Of a stretch of DNA of 64,000 nt, positions 1 through 8,318 are shown in pieces. The translations under genes were made by a program, and so were the position numbers. The stretch spans positions 2,007,898-2,071,897 of the forward strand of contig OZ241338.1 in the NCBI GenBank assembly GCA_965200075.1, given 5' to 3'. The DNA comes from Capsulimonadaceae bacterium (GTDB lineage Bacteria; Armatimonadota; Armatimonadia; Armatimonadales; Capsulimonadaceae). How positions within the stretch are numbered: the stretch's first letter is position 1; each line of letters begins with the position of its first letter. A model generated the notes under the pieces. It ran no database searches. It worked only from the letters and a program-made list of their open reading frames with translations, and was not told the origin of the DNA.

Positions 1-1374
1 ATTGTCCCCGGCATTCTGTCAGCGCTGGCCGTCACCCTGTTCTTTTGGCTCCTTGCCGTCAGCGCACCGCCCGCACCTCTGCCGCCGCCCCACTCGATGC
101 CTGCGGTCAACGCCCGCGACTCCTATCTGGCTGCCGCGAACGCACTTATGGACAGCAGCAAAATAAACGACGCGGTTATGCCGAGCCAGACGCCGGTGAA
201 GCCTCCTTCGGGACAGCCGCCCCAGCCACATTCTCAGCCGGGCCGCTTCCCCGGTGGGTCATTTCCTGCTGCCCATGTCTATTCCCTGGGCGAAAAAGCC
301 AGTCTTGTCGCCGCTAACTCGCAGGCCATCTCGCTTCTGCATCAGGGCTTCCAGTATCCTTATCAGGAACTGCCCATAACGTCGTTTGATATGCCCACCT
401 CGCAGTATGCAAAATTCCGGCAGCTGGCCCGGCTTTTGTCCCTGTCGGCGCAGGTCAAAGCCGCGCAGGGCGATTGGAAGGAGGCCGTGAATGCTGATCT
501 CGACGCCGTGCAACTCGGTGAGACCCTGCCCCGTGGCGGGCCGCTGATTGGAATGCTGGTGGGCGCGGCGTGTCAGTCCATTGGCCGCAAACAAGTCTGG
601 CAGGCTATGCCTCATCTGTCTGCCGCCGAAGCACAGGCGGCAGCACGGCGACTGGAAGCCGTTCGTGCGGCTCATGTGTCGTTTGCAAACACAATGCAGG
701 AAGAAAAATGGGGAACTCAGACCAGCCTGCGGGAAGTGATGGCGAAACCGGATTGGTCCCGTGCCCTCTTCAACACATTCGAGGGAACTGATTACGACGC
801 TTTGGGGGAAGTAGAGACAGTCCCGCCCTCATGGTGGGCGCAGCAGGCAGGCTCGGCCTATTTTCAGCTCCTCGGCAAACGGCACATTCTGGCGAACAAC
901 GCACAGTGGATGGACAAAGTCATCGCACAAGCGCGTCAGCCTTACCCGTTACATCCCACGCCCCCGCCGCTGCCAAACGATCTGGTCAGCCAAATTTTGC
1001 TGCCTGCTTATCTGAAAATACGGATACGGGAAGTATCTGCGAACACGCAAAATGCCCTTTTGGTGACAACGCTGGCCCTGCAAGCCTACCATCAAGACCA
1101 CAAAGCCTACCCGCTGTCGCTGACGGCCCTTGTGCCGGGGTATTTAAAATCTGTGCCGACGGACCCGTTTGCGCTGTCCGGGCTATTACGCTATAAGCGT
1201 GTTGGCGCGAAGTATGTGCTGTACAGTGTGGGACCGGACGGCAAAGACGATGGCGGCAAGGCAATTTTTGACAGCACGAAACCTCCGCCTAGCCAAAGCA
1301 GTACGAGCGACCAACGGTATTGGACTCAACAGGACAGCACGGGAGATGTGGTGGCAGGGGTGAATACGCTATGA
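1..1374 (+). CDS. Membrane-anchored protein with pseudopilin (GspG-like) C-terminal motif, 5' partial
   Basis: The frame of ORF 97..1374 stays open to base 1 and encodes a hydrophobic helix (IVPGILSALAVTLFFWLLAV). The C-terminus KYVLYSVGPDGKDDGGKAI resembles the conserved C-terminal region of type II secretion pseudopilins. Confidence 0.6.
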   Translation: MVPGILSALAVTLFFWLLAVSAPPAPLPPPHSMPAVNARDSYLAAANALMDSSKINDAVMPSQTPVKPPSGQPPQPHSQPGRFPGGSFPAAHVYSLGEKASLVAANSQAISLLHQGFQYPYQELPITSFDMPTSQYAKFRQLARLLSLSAQVKAAQGDWKEAVNADLDAVQLGETLPRGGPLIGMLVGAACQSIGRKQVWQAMPHLSAAEAQAAARRLEAVRAAHVSFANTMQEEKWGTQTSLREVMAKPDWSRALFNTFEGTDYDALGEVETVPPSWWAQQAGSAYFQLLGKRHILANNAQWMDKVIAQARQPYPLHPTPPPLPNDLVSQILLPAYLKIRIREVSANTQNALLVTTLALQAYHQDHKAYPLSLTALVPGYLKSVPTDPFALSGLLRYKRVGAKYVLYSVGPDGKDDGGKAIFDSTKPPPSQSSTSDQRYWTQQDSTGDVVAGVNTL

Positions 1375-1381
1375 GTGGGGA

Positions 1382-1513
1382 AGAGGCCCCCCCGCCCCAA
1401 TTCTGGGGAGCCGAACACATACGGAGAGGATAATAGGGCAGGGAGACCCTGCCCCTACGGGCGTGGCTCTTAATCTTAATTCTGGCTCCCCAGAATTGGG
1501 GCGGGGGGCCTCT
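1382..1513. repeat. MITE-like palindromic element (about 30-bp terminal inverted repeats around an inner hairpin)
   Basis: Left arm 1382-1412 (agaggcccccccgccccaattctggggagcc) is the reverse complement of right arm 1484-1513. Inner hairpin agggcaggg-aga-ccctgccct. It sits exactly between two convergent stop codons (1372-1374 and 1514-1516). Related arms occur at 46752, 56390 and 58432. Confidence 0.85.
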
Positions 1514-1732
1514 CTACCCATTCCACGGATGGGCTTTGTTTTTGGCGGGTTCGGTCGGGTCGCCGCCCTGCCCCGTTTCATCGGCGGCGCGGGTTCCGTC
1601 GGGGTCGATGTCGCCCATCGGCAGCTCGTCCCCGGCGGTGGTGGTCTCGTCCGTGGTCGTGTTGGGGATAATGCCGTCGGCGGACGGGACGGTTTCCACG
1701 TCATTGAGCGGATTGGAATTACGCGGTTCCAT
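1514..1732 (-). CDS. Small acidic low-complexity protein (hypothetical, 72 aa)
   Basis: Internal ATG of listed ORF 1514..2014 (MEPRNSNPLNDVETVPSADG...). GGGAGA lies about 9 nt upstream. Codons are mostly G/C-ending, as in neighbouring real genes. No recognisable domain. Confidence 0.4.
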   Translation of the reverse strand: MEPRNSNPLNDVETVPSADGIIPNTTTDETTTAGDELPMGDIDPDGTRAADETGQGGDPTEPAKNKAHPWNG

Positions 1733-1934
1733 CAGGCTTTTCTCCCGTCTTGTCGCTTTCGCCGCCGGGGCGGGGGCCGGGGTATTCCTCCTGCCCATGC
1801 GACATCTCGTAGGCGCTTTGCGCGGGAGCATCTTTGCCGCCAGGGGCATCCGCGCCGCCGGTGGCGGTCTTGTTGGGGTCGGCGGGCTGCTGGTCCGCGT
1901 CCGGGGCGGTCGGGGTGTCTTTGGCGAGTTCCAT
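1719..1934 (-). CDS. Small acidic low-complexity protein (hypothetical, 71 aa)
   Basis: Internal ATG of listed ORF 1719..1985 (MELAKDTPTAPDADQQPADP...). AGGAAC lies upstream and third positions are G/C-rich. Its 3' end overlaps the start of the next small ORF by 14 nt. Confidence 0.4.
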   Translation of the reverse strand: MELAKDTPTAPDADQQPADPNKTATGGADAPGGKDAPAQSAYEMSHGQEEYPGPRPGGESDKTGEKPDGTA

Positions 1935-2014
1935 AAGTCTTGTTCCTGTCTGACAGCAGGATACCCGCAGGAAGGCGGCGGGCAAACGCGAGGCAGGTAG
2001 GAAGGGCGCAGCAA

Positions 2015-2039
2015 AGGAGGGCGGGAAGACCCCGCCCCT
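2015..2039 (-). terminator. GC-rich hairpin downstream of the polyprenyl synthase gene
   Basis: On the minus strand: aggggcggg-gtctt-cccgccctcct followed by TTTG, about 20 nt after the stop at 2060. Confidence 0.4.
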
Positions 2040-2059
2040 ACCCTACACGGCTGCCACGT

Positions 2060-3097
2060 TTACCGCTCGCGGGTCAGCGCATAGTCAGCAAGGGCATAGA
2101 GCGAGTCGCGGTACTCGGAGGGCGGCAAAGCGAGAAGCGCGTCCTGCGCCGAGGCGACGTAGCGGCGGGCGGCGGCGGCGGTGCGCTCAAAACCGTCGTG
2201 GCGCTCAATCGCGGTGCGGACGGCGGCAATTTCGGCGGCAGTCAGGGCTTCCGGTTCCTCTAAAATATGCAGCAGGTCATCGCGCTCGGCGGCGGCCATG
2301 TCGCGCAGGGCCACAATCAGCGGCAGGGTCATCTTGCCTTCGCGCAGATCGCCGCACAGGGGCTTGCCGGTTTTGGCGGGGTCGCCGGTGTAATCTAACA
2401 AATCGTCAGCAATCTGGAAGGCCAGCCCGCAGTTCAGGCCGTAGGAGGTCAGCGCGGCGACCGACGCGGGCGGCGCATCGGCCAGCATTCCGCCGACTTC
2501 GCAGCAGCCCGCGATAAAGCCTGCCGTCTTTTTGGCGATAATCGTCAGGTAGGTCTCTTCGGAGGTGTCCACATCGCCTTTGGCCGTGATTTGCAGCACT
2601 TCGCCTTCGCTCAGGCCCACAGTGACTTTGGAAAAGACGCGGATGACATCAATACGGCCTTCCCCGGCGGCCAGGTAAATGCTTTTTGCCAGCAGGTAGT
2701 CGCCCACTAAAACGCTGATCTGATTGCCGAACGTGGCATTCGCTGTGGGCTTGCCCCGGCGCTCGGCAGAGCCGTCTACCACGTCGTCGTGGATCAGCGA
2801 GGCCATGTGGATCAGCTCGGCGGCGGCCCCGGAAGCATGAACGGTATGCGCGGGGAACACCCCGCAGGCGGCGCGGGCGGCCAATGTCACTAGCGCCGGG
2901 CGGAGGCGCTTGCCGCCTGCCGAGAGCGTGTGGCCGGAAATGGCGTAGGCGGCGCGGACATCTGAGCGGATTTCGTCGCCCAAGAGGGCCTCAATCGCAG
3001 TCAGGTCGTCCGCGACGCAGTCCAAAAAATGCACCCGAGCAGGAGCGGCAGGCATCGTTGTCGTTGATTCAGCAGTGGCTCCCATAGTTTTTTCCAT
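2060..3097 (-). CDS. Long-chain trans-polyprenyl diphosphate synthase (hepta/octaprenyl type)
   Basis: Both aspartate-rich motifs are present (LIHDDVVD and FQIADDLLD). Adjacent to and co-oriented with the quinone methyltransferase. Confidence 0.9.
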   Translation of the reverse strand: MEKTMGATAESTTTMPAAPARVHFLDCVADDLTAIEALLGDEIRSDVRAAYAISGHTLSAGGKRLRPALVTLAARAACGVFPAHTVHASGAAAELIHMASLIHDDVVDGSAERRGKPTANATFGNQISVLVGDYLLAKSIYLAAGEGRIDVIRVFSKVTVGLSEGEVLQITAKGDVDTSEETYLTIIAKKTAGFIAGCCEVGGMLADAPPASVAALTSYGLNCGLAFQIADDLLDYTGDPAKTGKPLCGDLREGKMTLPLIVALRDMAAAERDDLLHILEEPEALTAAEIAAVRTAIERHDGFERTAAAARRYVASAQDALLALPPSEYRDSLYALADYALTRER

Positions 3098-3109
3098 TCT
3101 AATCCAGGG

Positions 3110-3862
3110 CTAATCGGCGGGTTTGACACCGACATGAACGCACACCAACCCGAACGTCAAATCTACCCAGCGGACATCGGTTAGCCCCGCGTCCCGCATT
3201 CGGGCGGCGAGGCGGGCGCGGGTATCAAAGCGTTTCATCGACTCGGGCAGATACGCATAGGCATCGGGCCGTCCGCTGATTGTCCCGCCCACGGTCGGCA
3301 TGATATATTTTGCGTGCAGCTCGTACAGCGTATTCAGCAGGCCGGGCGGCGGCTGCGAGAACTCCAAACAGACGACGCGCCCGCTGGGCTTCAGCACGCG
3401 GGTCATTTCCCGAAACGCCCGGTCCCGGTCAGCCACGTTGCGGATGCCAAACGCCACGGTCACGGCCTCAAACGAAGCGTCGGTGAACGGCAGCCGGGCC
3501 GCGTCCCCCTGCACTTCTTCCGAATGGGTGCGCTCAAAACGCCCCGCCCCGGAGCGCAGCATCGGCAGCGAAAAGTCTGCGCCGATGACCTGCCCCGTCG
3601 GTCCGACCGCTTCCCGCAGCGGCACGGTCCATTCGCCTGTCCCCGAACACAAATCCAGCACGGCGTCTCCGGCTTTGAGCAGCGTGCAGCGGGTCGCAAA
3701 CGTGCGCCAACTGCTGTGGATGCCCGCCGAGAGCAGCGCATTCAGCAAATCGTAGCGCGGGGCGATGTCATCAAACATCTGCCGCACGAACCGCGCTTTC
3801 TCGTCTTCGGTGACGGGCCGGTCTAATATGTCAACCCCGGACGGGGCGTGTGTAGTTCCCAT
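3110..3862 (-). CDS. ubiE: Demethylmenaquinone/ubiquinone C-methyltransferase (UbiE/MenG family)
   Basis: UbiE-like N-terminus (VRQMFDDIAPRYDLLNALLSAG) and SAM-binding motif VLDLCSGTG. Confidence 0.9.
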   Translation of the reverse strand: MGTTHAPSGVDILDRPVTEDEKARFVRQMFDDIAPRYDLLNALLSAGIHSSWRTFATRCTLLKAGDAVLDLCSGTGEWTVPLREAVGPTGQVIGADFSLPMLRSGAGRFERTHSEEVQGDAARLPFTDASFEAVTVAFGIRNVADRDRAFREMTRVLKPSGRVVCLEFSQPPPGLLNTLYELHAKYIMPTVGGTISGRPDAYAYLPESMKRFDTRARLAARMRDAGLTDVRWVDLTFGLVCVHVGVKPAD

Positions 3863-4023
3863 TTGGCTTCGTTTAGGCTTCTAAAAACGGACTTTGTGAA
3901 AAATCCCGCAAACTATCTGAAAATTATACCCCCAAGCAGGGGAACTGTCAACGCGGGCGGTTAAGTACCTGAATATGCTATCATACAGCAGACACAAACT
4001 ATCTTTCCCCGAGAACAAACTTT

Positions 4024-4560
4024 ATGAACATTACCATGCACGCCACGACCATTGTGGGCGTTAAACGAGACGGCAAGGTCGCCATCGCCGGTGACGGACA
4101 GGTGACGTTGGACAAAACCGTGATGAAGAACACGGCGAAGAAAATCCGGCGGCTCTATCAGGGCAAAGTGCTGGCGGGCTTCGCGGGAAGCGCTGCCGAT
4201 GCGATGGCTCTGGCGGACCGCTTCGAGGAGAAACTGGATGCGGCGAGCGGCAACCTGCCGCGTGCCGTGGTGGAGTTTGCCAAAGTATGGCGCTCCGACC
4301 GCGTTCTGCGCCGTTTCGAGGCGCTGATGATTGTGGGAAACCCCGAGTACCTGCTGGTCGTTTCCGGCGACGGCAACGTGCTGGACACCGACGACGGCAT
4401 CGCCGCTATCGGCAGCGGCGGCCCCTATGCTCAGGCGGCAGCCAAAGCGCTGCTTGAAAACACCGACCTGTCGGCCAAAGAGATTGCGGAACGCGCTTTG
4501 CATATCGCCGCTGACATTTGTATTTACACGAACAGCAACATTGTGGTGGACGAACTATGA
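4024..4560 (+). CDS. hslV: ATP-dependent protease subunit HslV
   Basis: [23 protein letters not shown], with the N-terminal Thr-Thr active site, and GSGGPYA. The start may be the ATG at 4036. Confidence 0.95.
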   Translation: MNITMHATTIVGVKRDGKVAIAGDGQVTLDKTVMKNTAKKIRRLYQGKVLAGFAGSAADAMALADRFEEKLDAASGNLPRAVVEFAKVWRSDRVLRRFEALMIVGNPEYLLVVSGDGNVLDTDDGIAAIGSGGPYAQAAAKALLENTDLSAKEIAERALHIAADICIYTNSNIVVDEL

Positions 4561-4562
4561 AG

Positions 4563-4699
4563 AACCTCACCCCAGCCCTCTCCTTCGGAAGGAGAGGGGG
4601 TAAGAACCAGAAAAGACCCGAGAGTCTTGATCCTAATTGTCTGGCTCCTAATTGCCTGGCTCCCTCTCCTTGCTTAAGGAGAGGGCGGGGGGTGAGGTT
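4563..4699. repeat. Inverted pair of palindromic repeat modules (ccctctcctt..aaggagaggg + ggggtgaggtt)
   Basis: Copy 4563-4598 (aacctcaccccagccctctccttcggaaggagaggg) and inverted copy 4662-4699 (ccctctccttgcttaaggagagggcggggggtgaggtt). They flank a 15-bp direct duplication, ctaattgYctggctc. The same module occurs at 56471-56507 and is truncated at 58358-58385. Confidence 0.85.
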
Positions 4700-5522
4700 C
4701 CTTTTGCTCCTCCTCGCCCTGCCGCTTGCCGCGCACGCCCGCGATAGCAAGCCGAAAGACGCCGTGCCCGCCGTGCCCCGCGTGCAGGCGCAGGCGTTCG
4801 CCCTGGGCTATGCCCTGCGGACGGCGGACACACGGGCGCTGGCCTTCACGCAGTCTGTCGAGCAGCTCAAATCGGTGGACGATGATGCGCTGGCCGGGGC
4901 CGAAGTGGCCCGTCTGAGCCGCAATTCTGTGGCCCTGCGGCTGTCCGAGAAGACCGCCTACGCCCAGGTCGCCGCGCAGCTCAAAACGATGGGCGCTCCC
5001 GAATCGCTGCAAACCTGGGCCACAACCACAGTGGCCGGGCTGAGTGCGCCGGTGGTGCTGACCAAAGACGCCAAAGAGCTGCAAAAGACCGAGCCGGACA
5101 CCGCGCAGGTGCTGTCTACCCTGGCCGAGCTGCAAGCGCTCAAAGCAGGCACGAACAGTCGGCAGCAGTCGCTCACCACCTGGCTGGCGCTGACCGGCGG
5201 CAAAGTGGCTGTCTGGTCCGCCGAAACGGGGGCCTACACTGCTGACCTGCACCGGGCGGCAACGGCAAACCGGGGCGCTCTGCCCTCCGGCGCGGCCCGC
5301 GCCCTGCTGGTTCATGCCCCCGCCAATGCGCCTGCGGCCACCCGACAGGCGGTGGCGGATTTGATCCCCACCGGCGGCGGCAACTTGCAGAGTTTAGCGA
5401 CTGTGCCGCCTGCGGACTTCACGCCGGAAAAGCTCACACGGGTCTGCCAAACACTGCTGGATTTGTACGGCGCGAATAGTCTGTCTGCCGCGCTCGATGA
5501 AGCCGCCAAAGACGGCGAATAA
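4692..5522 (+). CDS. Secreted Ala/Leu-rich hypothetical protein inserted between hslV and hslU
   Basis: Listed ORF 4518..5522 reads through the repeat element. An in-frame GTG at 4692 gives a signal peptide (RFLLLLLALPLAAHA), with AAGGAG about 11 nt upstream contributed by the repeat. Confidence 0.55.
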   Translation: MRFLLLLLALPLAAHARDSKPKDAVPAVPRVQAQAFALGYALRTADTRALAFTQSVEQLKSVDDDALAGAEVARLSRNSVALRLSEKTAYAQVAAQLKTMGAPESLQTWATTTVAGLSAPVVLTKDAKELQKTEPDTAQVLSTLAELQALKAGTNSRQQSLTTWLALTGGKVAVWSAETGAYTADLHRAATANRGALPSGAARALLVHAPANAPAATRQAVADLIPTGGGNLQSLATVPPADFTPEKLTRVCQTLLDLYGANSLSAALDEAAKDGE

Positions 5523-5550
5523 AAATCGTGAATAAGAGATTGGGTATACT

Positions 5551-7090
5551 GTGAATATGGCTGAGATGAAGACGGAAATGGAAGAAATGACCCCGCGCCA
5601 GATTGTTGCGGCGCTGGATAAATATATCGTTGGGCAGCAGGCCGCCAAGCGTGCCGTTGCCATTGCCCTCCGCAACCGCTACCGGCGGCGGCGGCTCGGG
5701 GATGACCTGCGGGACGAGGTCAACCCCAAGAACATTTTGATGATTGGACCCACGGGGGTCGGCAAAACTGAGATCGCCCGGCGGCTGGCGACGCTGGCCC
5801 ATGCACCGTTTGTCAAAGTGGAGGCCACCAAGTTTACCGAAGTCGGCTATGTCGGGCGCGATGTGGACTCGATGGTGCGCGACTTGGTGCAGGCGTCTCT
5901 GAGAATTGTGGAAGCGGAAAAGCTGGCCGAAGTCAAAGACGAAGCCGCCGAACGAGCCGTAGATCGCGTGGTGGACCAAATGCAGCCAAAGCGCGAGCCG
6001 AAGCCGGTGCGTTTAAAAATGCCCAAGTCCGGCGGCGGCGAAAACCCGATGGATATGCTGGCACAAATGTTTGGCGGCCCCGCGCAGACCAACCCCACTG
6101 CCCCGGAAGCCGACAGCGAGGCTGGCGAAGAAACCGAAGCCGCCGAAACCGACAGCGACAAGCGCAAGCGCGAGCAGGAAACCCGCGTCCGCGAGCGCCT
6201 GCGGACGCAGATCGCCTCGGGCGTCAAGGACGGCGACAGCATTGAGATTGAGATTGAAGAAAGCGGCCCGCCGCCGTTCATGCAGGTCATTTCCCCAATG
6301 GGCGGCGGCGGGGGTGGCATGGACGACGGCGGCGGGATGGATATGCAGGGCCTGTTCGGCTCGATGATGCCCAAAAAGCGCAAAAAGCGAACGATGACCA
6401 TCAAAGAAGCGCGGGAGTATTACGCCAATGAAGAAGCGCAGTCTTTGATTGACCACGATGCGCTGACCCGCGAGGCGGTGGCGCGGGCGGAGCAGTCCGG
6501 CATCATCTTTGTGGACGAAATGGACAAAATCGCCGGGCGCGGCGCGGGCGGCTCCTCCGGCGGGCCGGACGTGTCCCGCGAGGGCGTTCAGCGCGACATC
6601 CTGCCGATTATCGAAGGCAGCACGGTGCAGACCAAGTACGGCCCGGTCAAAACTGACTTCGTGCTGTTTATTGCGGCGGGTGCCTTTCACCTATCTAAGC
6701 CCTCCGATTTGATCCCCGAGCTTCAGGGCCGCCTGCCCATCCGTGTGGAGCTTGAAAGCCTGACCCGCAGCGACTTTCAGCGCATTCTGACCGAGCCGCG
6801 TAACGCTTTAATTAAGCAGTATAAGGCGTTGCTGGGAACCGAAGGCGTCGAACTGGAGTTCACCGACGACTCCATCGCCGAGCTTGCCCGCGTCGCCGCC
6901 GATGTCAACGCGCAGATGGAAAACATCGGTGCCCGCCGCCTGCACACGATCATGGAGCGGCTTTTGGATGACCTCTCGTTTGAGGCCCCGGACTTAGAGG
7001 ACAAATACAAAAAAAATCGACGCCGCCTACGTCCGCGAAAAGCTGGATGACATCGTCAAAGACGAAGACCTGAGCCGGTATATTTTGTGA
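5551..7090 (+). CDS. hslU: ATP-dependent protease ATPase subunit HslU, frameshifted in an A8 run near the 3' end
   Basis: Walker [25 protein letters not shown] and an I-domain insertion. The listed ORF ends at 7050 (…[16 protein letters not shown]). Removing one A from the run at 7009-7016 gives [26 protein letters not shown] with a stop at 7088-7090, which is the canonical HslU tail. Confidence 0.9.
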
Positions 7091-7102
7091 GAGGAAACCA
7101 TC

Positions 7103-7540
7103 ATGGCCCTTCTGGAAAAAGAATTAGCGTCCGCCCCGACCCCGGAAAACTGGCAGGAGGCTATCAACAAGCTCTACGGCGACGTGACACGCTGGGCGCG
7201 GGAGTGGCTGGGAGAGGGCGGGGAGGTCCGCCTGGACAGCGCCGCCAATGCTGGCCGAACTGGCCTCGGTGACACGCAGGTACTCGTGATAGACATTCCG
7301 CCCCATGAGGGGATGCTTGTGCCCAAAGAGGAGCTTGCTTTGGAGCCGAAAGGGCTGAACGCTCAAGCGGGAAATGGCTTCGTGGACTTCTTTGTTTGGC
7401 CTGCCCATCACCGTGTCCGCCTTGTCTATTCGTTCAACGGCCAAACCTGGTCAGTTAGAACGGACTCTGGGCTATTCTGGCCGCATTCATGGAGCCAGGA
7501 GACATTCGTAGAGATTGCAGAAGGCTTTTTGCGGGCATGA
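7103..7540 (+). CDS. Hypothetical protein (145 aa)
   Basis: Listed ORF with no recognisable motif. It starts 13 nt after the reconstructed hslU stop. Confidence 0.5.
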   Translation: MALLEKELASAPTPENWQEAINKLYGDVTRWAREWLGEGGEVRLDSAANAGRTGLGDTQVLVIDIPPHEGMLVPKEELALEPKGLNAQAGNGFVDFFVWPAHHRVRLVYSFNGQTWSVRTDSGLFWPHSWSQETFVEIAEGFLRA

Positions 7541-7568
7541 TTTTTTGCAGCACAGAAAGATCGCATCT

Positions 7569-8039
7569 ATGAAAACACTAGCTTTTGTAAGTTTTGTTGT
7601 CTTGGCTTGGCTGGTCACAATAGCACCGGTGCAGGCACAAACGTTGCGAATTACGGCGGGACAGTGGGATAGAAGCGCATCTGTCAAAAGCGGGGCTTTA
7701 ACCTACCATTGGATTACAGCCAAACCAAGCAAACTTTCGATAACAGCACAGTCTATGGCTGGTTATGATAGCCACGTTGCAAAGGTTGTGATGACACCCG
7801 CACAAATAGCTTGGGTCAGGCAATGGGAGCAGCAGTACAAAGTGTTTTCCCTGCCGCGACATTATGCAAAGCCGCACCGCCCCTGGAACTATGGAGCGGC
7901 TTTCGTCAACAGCCTCAGTATACAGGATGGAAGCCGATCTTTGGTAAGTACTTGGAACGGAATGGATCAGGCAAAAAGGGCGAATGCGGCATCAGAAGCA
8001 TTCTTCACTTGGGCGGAACATCAGACGACGGGGCATTAG
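7569..8039 (+). CDS. Secreted hypothetical protein
   Basis: An in-frame ATG at 7569 gives the signal peptide MKTLAFVSFVVLAWLVTIAPVQA. The region is visibly AT-richer than its flanks. Confidence 0.5.
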   Translation: MKTLAFVSFVVLAWLVTIAPVQAQTLRITAGQWDRSASVKSGALTYHWITAKPSKLSITAQSMAGYDSHVAKVVMTPAQIAWVRQWEQQYKVFSLPRHYAKPHRPWNYGAAFVNSLSIQDGSRSLVSTWNGMDQAKRANAASEAFFTWAEHQTTGH

Positions 8040-8060
8040 TTTTTCGGGTACTATATAGAT

Positions 8061-8318
8061 ATGATAACCGTGCGGATGCTGTTTTTTGCCCACTTGCAGG
8101 ACGTGGCGCGGGCGCAGGAGATAGCCGTGACGCTGCCAACAGGGGCGACGGTGCGAGAGGCCGCCGAAGTGCTGGCGGCACAGGCGGTGGGGTTTGAGAA
8201 TCTGATGGCGCACACACGGGTGGCGGTCAATGCTGAGTTTGCGGACGCGGACACCGCGCTGAAAGACGGCGATGAAGTGGCCTGGATGCCGCCGATGAGC
8301 GGAGGGCATGATGAGTGA
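8061..8318 (+). CDS. moaD: Molybdopterin synthase sulfur-carrier subunit MoaD (ubiquitin-like), with 3 residues after the GG
   Basis: MoaD pattern (FFAHLQD…DGDEVAWMPPMSGG-HDE). Overlaps moaE by 11 nt. Confidence 0.8.
   Translation: MITVRMLFFAHLQDVARAQEIAVTLPTGATVREAAEVLAAQAVGFENLMAHTRVAVNAEFADADTALKDGDEVAWMPPMSGGHDE

Noticed and set aside
3863-4023. Divergent ubiE / hslV control region. Searched for sigma-32-type or CIRCE heat-shock elements. Noted a duplicated caaactatct (3911-3920, 3997-4006).
   Set aside because: No convincing CTTGAA…CCCCAT or TTAGCACTC-N9-GAGTGCTAA match. The 10-bp duplication alone is not significant.
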